A stretch of DNA of 63,719 nucleotides, filler included, from Octopus bimaculoides (taxonomy: Eukaryota), in assembly GCF_001194135.2 (NCBI RefSeq). It is 4 parts of 4 records of this genome, joined end to end, with 100 filler letters (N's around TTAATTAATTAA, not from the genome) between each part and the next. Parts side by side here need not be neighbours in the genome. Positions count along the whole stretch, not along the records: positions 39,857 to 61,171 come from NC_068990.1; positions 61,272 to 63,719 come from NW_026406932.1; 2 more parts are not named here. One strand, 5' to 3'. The notes below the pieces were generated by a model. The model saw nothing but the letters and a program-made list of their open reading frames with translations. It did not search any database and was not told the origin of the DNA. Below are positions 55,689-63,719 of this stretch, in pieces. The stretch's first letter is position 1; each line of letters opens with the position of its first letter. Position numbers and translations under genes: made by a program.

Positions 55689-56030
55689 CTCCATCCCATT
55701 GGATCACCAGGCCGATGTTTGTGAAGATGTGATAGAAAAATCCACTTCTGGAAATAATAATATCTTGAAATTTTGCAAAGGTTTGATTGATTAAGTTCTC
55801 GTTCACTTTTAGCCCAACTCCTCGAGTCATGAAAATTTTCTGTTTTTTAATGGCTACCTCAATAGCTTTTGTACAGGTCACACTACTCAAACCACATTTC
55901 ACATTCTTAGTGATAATAGAGAATGTTTTGTCCAAAGACCTGGAAAGCACGTACATACAATTTCCCATAAAGGTATAACTTTTACCGTCTAATGTTTGAT
56001 AGTGAGGGTCACCGGCTGCCCAACAAGTTG
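55689..56030 (-). CDS. SSPO: SCO-spondin-like exon: VWD domain N-terminal part (TCWAAGDPHYQTLDGKSYTFMGNCMYVL...KCGLSSVTCTKAI...GLVIQWDG)
   Basis: Canonical VWD motif TCxxxGDPHYxTxDG; acceptor ttcattgcag| and donor G|gtaagt; 342 nt, phase 1 to 1. Confidence 0.96.
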
Positions 56031-56704
56031 CTGCAATGAAAAAGAAGAAAACAATTTAAGATGTTGTTTCATGTAGGAGATTGAGACTTTTGAAACACAA
56101 ATTAATCTCTTTTCAAAGTTACCTTTGCAGATTTTCTATGAAAATTAGAGCCAGTATTGGAAGTAACGGCGTTTCGTATGCGAGTACGCCTGCGTAAACA
56201 ATACGATCGAAGATTGAAAAATAGGTAATGGGTGTATATTCATATTCCATAGTGATAGAATCACACTCCTAACACACAAGTAGGGCGCAATATTAACTTA
56301 TAAGCCTTTAATATACTTGATAGTATATTATGGGTGCATAACGAAATGCAGTGTCCCCTACTAGTAATTAACATATTAATCTCCTTACAAATAACAAGAG
56401 CTGTTACTGGATTCGAATTTACAGACTGTTAAGTAGATTCATCTTCTCCTTTATGGAATACAGTCTCATATTACAGGTCCCATCTTCAACTAAAGGTTGA
56501 GTCTGGCACTTATTTATTGCCCTACTGTCACTTATTTATTACCCTACAGTGAACAAAGTCAATTAATGTGGAATAAATGTCCGGCCTTGAATTTCAAACA
56601 ATACCGGTGAAATGAATTTGAATTTAAGAGCCAGCTCAAAATACACGGTCATTTCATTGCAACTAACTGTAAACAATATATTACAGAAATGTTTGTTAAG
56701 CTCA

Positions 56705-56748
<44 letters not shown>

Positions 56749-56759
56749 GTCATCATCAT

Positions 56760-57652
56760 CTTTCAATTATGTGTCCATTTCTTGCCGAGTGTCTTCCAAG
56801 GGTAGAGAAACTGACTGTATACATTGGTAGGCCATTAAAATAAACATACCAGACTGTTCATTTACAAAGTCATGTGATAGAGAAAAGAGGAACAAAGACA
56901 GAAAAGAAAAAGANNNNNNNNNNNNNNNNNNNNNNNNNNNNNNNNNNNNNNNNNNNNNNNNNNNNNNNNNNNNNNNNNNNNNNNNNNNNNNNNNNNNNNN
57001 NNNNNNNNNNNNNNNNNNNNNNNNNNNNNNNNNNNNNNNNNNNNNNNNNNNNNNNNNNNNNNNNNNNNNNNNNNNNNTATTGTAACCGTCTTGAGATACC
57101 ATATCTTTCCGATTTCAATTGGCAAATCTTTACATTTTCTGAGCGTAAATTCTTTTGCCGAGATATTATGGTCACAGGGTATGCTCATGTCAATCAATAA
57201 ACAGACTTTATTGCTTTGGTCTTTCACAACAATATCTGGTTTATTTGCTTTGATGGTCCGCTCTGTACATAGTGGAAAGTATCAAAGAATTGTTACATTT
57301 TCTTCCTCAGTTACAGCTTCCGATAGTGCTTGCACCATTTTTCAGCAGTTTTGATTTTATAATGCTGACACATTACCCAATGTAGATATTGGCCAACTCT
57401 ATCATGTCTTGATTTATACTCTACAGGTGCTAAAACCTTACACCCAGAGATTAGGTGGTCCACTATTTCGATCCCATTGTTACAGTATCAGCACTTTGGG
57501 TCTATTCATCACATTGGCTCGATAGTTCCGGGTCAATAAGCTCTGATCTTGAGCAGCCTTCACTCTCTACCTTTAGCCCTGAGTTCCGTAGCCACTGATG
57601 GGTGTGCTTCTGGTCTACATAAGCTTGTTTGCTACAGGACACATATTTGCCA
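56760..57652 (-). mobile_element. 5'-truncated R4/Dong-like non-LTR retrotransposon (CCHC + restriction-like endonuclease + 3'UTR), gap at ~56913-57077
   Basis: HQWLRNSGLKVESEG, AAQDQSLLTRNY, DHLISGCKVLAPVEYKSRHDRVGQYLHW, NKPDIVV...LIDMSIPCDHNI (with frameshifts); (TAA)n tracts at both ends. Confidence 0.88.
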
Positions 57653-57679
57653 TTGTTATTATTATTATTATTATTATTA

Positions 57680-57717
<38 letters not shown>

Positions 57718-58200
57718 GTTGTTGTTATTATGATTTAAATGATTGAAGTAACAGCAATGTTTATTTTTCAAGCCAAATTTTACTATAGCAAATTAATTTA
57801 ATAAATTTATGAGTGAAGGGACGGCTAAATCAATGGATATAAAATTAATACTTCGTAGAAAAGTTTAATATGAAAAATAAACTCTGCTCGCACAACAATA
57901 ATTTATGTATCACAACTAACAGCTAACTCTAGATATAAGCGTAATAACAATAACTTTAAGTACAATTTCACAATGGTACTTAATGCAAGGTAAGCGGCTG
58001 CTGATGAGAGAATATTGATTTAATTTTGAAACGGTCGTGTAGTGGATCCCCCTTTGCCATGATGAGGCTATATAAACATAGCAGACATTTGCGACCGCCA
58101 TATGTGCCTATTAAATTAAATTAGTATGCGATTAATGCAGAGCAGTGATGGCTTGCATTTATGGATATATCTCATACTAAAGTTTATTATTATTATTATT

Positions 58201-58558
58201 GTTGTATTAGAACTCACAGCTTATATTGCTGGGTCTGATGGAAAGTGTCAGCTGTCCACAGCCAGCAGACTCAGGTGACACTTCTTTTACTGGTCATGCT
58301 TCAAGAACCCTGCGAAGAATTCCTGAAGTTCCAAGCAATGCTGATTCTTGTAGGTGTTCTACCTTCACACTTGTACCAATCTTTTTCAGCCATATTGGTA
58401 GTTGAGTGTTGATACTTCCAAGTGCACCAATTACTATTGGTATCACCTCTACTCTCTTCATTGACCATAACCTTCGTATTTCCCACTTTAAATCGTCATA
58501 GTTGTTTAGTTTTTCTTCTTCCACATTGATCCTATTATCACCGGGGCACGCTATGTCG

Positions 58559-58560
<2 letters not shown>
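58201..58560 (-). mobile_element. Second short R4/Dong-like 3' end (REL C-terminus + 3'UTR), different subfamily
   Basis: IDIACPGDNRINVEEEKLNNYDDLKWEIRRLWSMKRVEVIPIVIGALG...LQESALLGTSGILRRVLEA*; flanked on both sides by (TAA)n. Confidence 0.9.
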
Positions 58561-58617
<57 letters not shown>

Positions 58618-59345
58618 CTTTCGTTTTATCAGCATTTCCTCAACATCGCTAGCTATCAAACTGCTATTGTATCGCTTCATCCAACGACGAACTATATTTT
58701 GTTTCTTTGGGATAAATGTCGGTTGACAGTCTTCACTTAGAGCTCCTATGTGGTCGATCAACATTTTAGGAATAACAGCTATATTACTTCATGCTACTGT
58801 TTAAGAGAAGGGCGCGTTGGGTCAAGTGGTTCTCGCTACCCTCTGCACGTTAGGAAAAAAAACTAGGTGATCATGGATAGAATGCCTTTGTTCATTGATT
58901 GGAACGATCAGGGTTCTCTTAGGGTTAAATCGCAATAACAAAAACAAACTACATTTGTGAATTATTCACCAAAGGATAGTAGATGGCTGAATCGCTAAAA
59001 CGTCGGACAAAATGCTAGTTTGTATTGAACTACATCCCTTTATGTTCATTTCTTGCCGGGGTCAAAACTGAGATTTATTTTTTCCGTGTCGAAAAATAGG
59101 CACCATTCAAATAATTACTGGAGTCGATTGAAGTTACTATACTTTCCTTTAAAAATGCTAGAACACCTTTCGTGCGAACAGTTAACCATTCAATGGAGGA
59201 ACTCTTTCATCAACTGAGTCTCCATCCCATTCCGGATCGTTCCATTCTCATTTGAACTCCCTATTCGTTCAAGAAATCAGATGTTTAAAATATCCAAGAC
59301 AGAAAGATAAACATTTCTTTTTTTTTATTAAATTTTATATATTAC

Positions 59346-59395
59346 CTGCGCAGTCAGATTTCGAAACTGTCACCCAAACATTCTTCCTGCAAATT
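59346..59395 (-). CDS. SSPO: SCO-spondin-like exon: ICRKNVWVTVSKSDCA(A)
   Basis: Acceptor tttatttttcag| and donor G|gtaat; 50 nt, phase 2 to 1. Joins both flanking exons in frame and gives the CxxTC entry into the VWD domain. Confidence 0.82.
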
Positions 59396-59506
59396 CTGAA
59401 AAATAAAATGGAAAACGTTAAATAATTTCTAACAAACTCTTTTTCGACTGGATATGTATGAAATTTCTTTTGTTGAATGTGTTTCTATATACATACATAC
59501 ATACAT

Positions 59507-59552
<46 letters not shown>

Positions 59553-59592
59553 NNNNNNNNNNAATAATAATAATAATAAAAATAATAATAAT

Positions 59593-59806
59593 GGTTTCAA
59601 ATTTTGCCACAAAGGCAACAATTTTTGGGGATGGGACAAGTCGTTTACATCGACTCCAGTGTTTCAGTGGTACTTAATTTATCGACCCCGAAAGGATGAA
59701 AGGCAAAGTCGACCTCGGTGGAATTTGAACTCAGAACGTAGCGGCAGACGAAATACCGCAAAGCATTATGCACGGCATGCTAACAATTCTGCAAGCTCGT
59801 CGCCTT
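59593..59806 (-). mobile_element. SINE family B copy
   Basis: Reverse complement of the family B head and body (ccccgaaaggatgaaaggcaaagtcgacctcgg...gaatttgaactcagaacg). Confidence 0.87.
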
Positions 59807-60245
59807 AATGAGGTCAAACAAGGAGCAATGTCATTGCAAAACGAGCCTCTTATGTACACAGCCATCCTTTATATACTGACTGAAAAACGTTTCACTTGAT
59901 CCGATCAGCCTGCTCGTGAAGTTAACGTGCAAGTCGCTGAGTACTCCACTGACACGTATACCCTTAAGATAATTTTCAGAGAGATATAACGTGATGCAGA
60001 ATATGAGAAGGCTGGCTCTTTGAAATATGGGTACTACTCATTTTTGTCAGCTGAGTGAACTGGAGCAAGGTGAAATAAAGTGTCTTGCCCAAGGATACAA
60101 CATACCACTATGAATCGAACTCACGATCTTATGAACGTGAGTTGAAAACCATAACTACTAAGCCATGTGCCTTTGACTGAAAAATAAAGATGGCGAAATA
60201 GCCAGTGTACTGACATCTCAACAAAATATAAAAAAAGTCACTTAC

Positions 60246-60337
60246 AATTCTTTGCATCCAATTTTAATTTTGTGTCCTGGCTTATACCATTTATTGTCAT
60301 ATCTACAAGGGCATTCATCTTTTTCTACACATCTACC
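60246..60337 (-). CDS. SSPO: SCO-spondin-like exon (first seen in window): TIL end + E/VWC-like module, GRCVEKDECPCRYDNKWYKPGHKIKIGCKE(L)
   Basis: Acceptor gaaacag| and donor TT|gtaagt; 92 nt, phase 0 to 2. Aligns with the paralogous exon 47016-47109 (KKCVPAIECPCYMNGLRYSPGTKLNMNCKE). Confidence 0.88.
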
Positions 60338-60941
60338 CTGTTTCAGAAGATAAATAATAAATTAATTATTAAAAACGAATGTGAAGAATGAAAATAAAGA
60401 TAAAGGCGCCAAACAAAAAGAAATAAAAAGATCTAATGTTTTGGATTATGCCATTTAGTCAAAGAAAAATAACAGAATTAAGAGGAGTAGAAAAAAAATG
60501 AGGAAGGGTAATAAACTTACGAAGTATATTTACATATACAGGATTAGTATAAAAGAGTAGTTAGATAGCGGGATTGTAGGAACGGAAGTGACGACAAGGA
60601 GAGAAATCTAGCAAGAGAGAGGAAGATGAAGGAACAAAGAGAGGGAAAGGAAAGAATAATAGTGAGAGTGGAGTAGCATATAGTTATCAGTGTTTGCGCG
60701 CGCGCGCGGGTTGGTGGGTGTGCGGTGTAACGTTGTTAAATGTGCTGTTGTTATCTTTTTAAGTGTGAAACAGCATCTGATGCATTAAGAAATATTTAGT
60801 TCGTGCATTTAAGCGTCTATCAGTCTAATTGTTGATGAACATTTCGTAGGATTCAACCAGCACAGACAGACAAATTAAGCAACTTACTTCGTTGTTATCT
60901 TCCATGCGTCCTACATTGTCAAATAACTGAGTTTCTTACCT

Positions 60942-61171
60942 ACACATATAGTAACAGAACACACAACCTTGCATACTAAGTAGCATAAAGCTGATTTAAA
61001 TTCATGAACCCAAACCTATTCTATTCATCTTACACCATCGTTCACCAATCATCTACTGATATGGACACATATAGTAACAGAACACACAACCTTGCATACT
61101 AAGTAGCATAAAGCTGATTTAAATTCATGAACCCAAACCTATTCTATTCATCTTACACCATCGTTCACCAA
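60942..61171. repeat. Exact 107-bp direct repeat (period 123) abutting an N gap
   Basis: 60942-61048 is identical to 61065-61171. Confidence 0.9.
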
Positions 61172-62995
61172 NNNNNNNNNNNNNNNNNNNNNNNNNNNNN
61201 NNNNNNNNNNNNNNNTTAATTAATTAANNNNNNNNNNNNNNNNNNNNNNNNNNNNNNNNNNNNNNNNNNNNGGAACCACGAGGTTGAGAAGCAAGCTTCT
61301 TGCCACTCAGCCACACTTGCACCTTGGCATTATTAGAAAATTTTAAACATGGAATATATTCAATATTAAATTCTGTGATGCATTTAGTTTGGTGGCGCCT
61401 CACGTTGTGGTGTCGTGGCTTCTTTTGACTCGGAGTCATTTAAATAAAAACTCTATATTACTCTTATAATACTGACTCAGCATAAGTGCAAGTTCAAATC
61501 GACCCTGGAGGACTCGCAACGTGACGTCACGAAGTATCACTTGATACAGACCCATTTAACAACCTGGATGATACTCATCTTTCAGAAGTTTATCGCCAAA
61601 CGGAGCATTGATGCTATTTTAGGACATATCTCAATATTTGCATTTCCTCTGAACTTGAATGCTCCATAGTTGTATGAATTGATATTTTGTTCTATTTTTA
61701 GACTTGCTTTTAAGTCATCGTTTACTTATACAAAACGCTTGCATCCGGATATAGTCAACATTATAAAATATGGAACGATGGGAAGCTAACATTTCTCATT
61801 TATAAGGTCTTGTAAAGTTGGTAGGTACAGTTGGTAGATTTCAATAGATTACAATGAATTCTTTTCGCCATTTCATTTACTGGCTTTCGGGGAATCGAAT
61901 GAAAAATATTGTAATTGTCGACTAACCACTTCATCTTCTCCTTTAAAAAAAATCATTTGTAGTGGCTTTACACGGACGCATGACCAGCTGAAAATGGCAA
62001 TCAGGTTTCTCTCAAACGACATCCTTTCATCTTAAATATAGAAGGATTCATTGTTATCCCTGATATAGAAACATGCAAGATACCCACAACTGGATAAAAC
62101 GTCATTGATCATAGATCTCGAAATCACTGTGAAATAACAACTCTTTTATGTATATTCATATAGACTTAAACATATGTTGTATACGTATATATATATACAA
62201 GGACTTACTTTTCGTAATGACATAAAAAACGAAGGCTGTGTACATTATAGAACATTTATAAATAGGTCTTACAGCTGTTTCCATGATATTTATTATATCC
62301 CTTCATCGGAGACGGTCTGAGAGGATGGTTAAGCAATAGTTAGTTTAGATCTTAAACCACCGTGTCTGATTGACACCACTATCGCCCATAACCTATNNNN
62401 NNNNNNNNNNNNNNNNNNNNNNNNNNNNNNNNNNNNNNNNNNNNNNNNNNNNNNNNNNNNNNNNNNNNNNNNNNNNNNNNNNNNNNNNNNNNNNNNNNNN
62501 NNNNNNNNNNNNNNNNNNNNNNNNNNNNNNNNNNNNNNNNNNNNNNNNNNNNNNNNNNNNNNNNNNNNNNNNNNNNNNNNNNNNNNNNNNNNNNNNNNNN
62601 NNNNNNNNNNNNNNNNNNNNNNNNNNNNNNNNNNNNNNNNNNNNNNNNNNNNNNNNNNNNNNNNNNNNNNNNNNNNNNNNNNNNNNNNNNNNNNNNNNNN
62701 NNNNNNNNNNNNNNNNNNNNNNNNNNNNNNNNNNNNNNNNNNNNNNNNNNNNNNNNNNNNNNNNNNNNNNNNNNNNNNNNNNNNNNNNNNNNNNNNNNNN
62801 NNNNNNNNNNNNNNNNNNNNNNNNNNNNNNNNNNNNNNNNNNNNNNNNNNNNNNNNNNNNNNNNNNNNNNNNNNNNNNNNNNNNNNNNNNNNNNNNNNNN
62901 NNNNNNNNNNNNNNNNNNNNNNNNNNNNNNNNNNNNNNNNNNNNNNNNNNNNNNNNNNNNNNNNNNNNNNNNNNNNNNNNNNNNNNNNNNNNNNN

Positions 62996-63027
<32 letters not shown>

Positions 63028-63719
63028 TATATACGAGTGGATGGACAAACGAAATTGGCACTCGGCACATCCATAAGAGTTACATATATATTTTTCAATA
63101 ACTGTGGGATTCGGCTCCATTCAACTGAAAGTTTCGAAGGCTCGTAAAACGAACTTTTTAAGCTTAGGGAACCGAATGAAGGTAGTTCAAGATGGCTACT
63201 AGGAATTGGTGAGACAGGTCACATGATGCTGTCAATATTAACATTGATATAATAGCGACAGCATGTAAAATGAAGGGATACGATTAATATTTCATGAAAC
63301 TGGTTTCGAAGAATTGCAAGTGGCACCAGTCATTTACACGAGGTGGACTGATAAGCAGTAGTGTGTCTATAACTGGGTTATAGAGGCGGTGGTTTAACAG
63401 AGCTATTGGAATCAGGGCCAATGAGAGGCGAGAGTTCAGCTGATCTGGAGCCTAGATGATCAAGGAGGCGGGGATTTATGAACAACTGACGGGTTCCCTT
63501 CTCTTAAAAAAATTAACAAGTAACCCTCAAGCCTCTGAATTCTGAGAGGACCCACTTCTGGGGCCCTCGAAAGTAAGTCTTATTCAACTTGGTAACATTT
63601 CCTCATTGGCCCTACTCAGAGGACAAAATGCCTGTGGCATTTGTGAAGCCCTTTTACGCTCTGAGTTCAAATCCTACCTTAAGTAACTTCCCTTTCATCT
63701 TTCTGGGGCCGGTAATACA

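Noticed and set aside
60695-60707. (CG)n runs (also ~22686, ~33958) as CpG island or Z-DNA regulatory sites
   Set aside because: Very short and contiguous with (CA/TG)n microsatellites; no promoter context.
60942-61171. Exact 107-bp direct repeat as a possible LTR or CRISPR-like unit
   Set aside because: Only two copies, 100% identical, ending at a gap edge; most simply a contig-end overlap artefact or a simple tandem duplication.

Overview
Repeat-dense, AT-rich animal genomic DNA from a gapped draft assembly. The SINE families and the very high (TA)n/(CA)n/(AAT)n load suggest a cephalopod such as Octopus; this is an inference. Nearly all ORFs in the supplied track are microsatellite or N-gap artefacts. 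The one real gene is on the minus strand: 12 exons between 60337 and 40130, whose splice phases all join into one open frame of 1696 nt (~565 aa). It encodes [TIL end/E module]-VWD-C8-TIL-E module-4x LDL-receptor class A, the D3-to-LDLa part of an SCO-spondin-like secreted protein. Its 5' part lies in a gap or outside the window, and I found no convincing exons below 40130. Points of note in the gene: a GC-AG intron, an exon that starts with a donor consensus (AG|GTAAGA), paired cysteine losses, and retention of only one of the two VWF/mucin D3 dimerisation cysteines. The rest is transposon debris: three tRNA-type SINE families (one apparently chimeric), an inverted pair of Penelope-like tails with hammerhead-like cores, two R4/Dong-like LINE ends in (TAA)n, CR1/RTE-like remnants, a Helitron helicase remnant and several Tc1/mariner derivatives. 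I found no clearly new biological system; the findings are leads to test.
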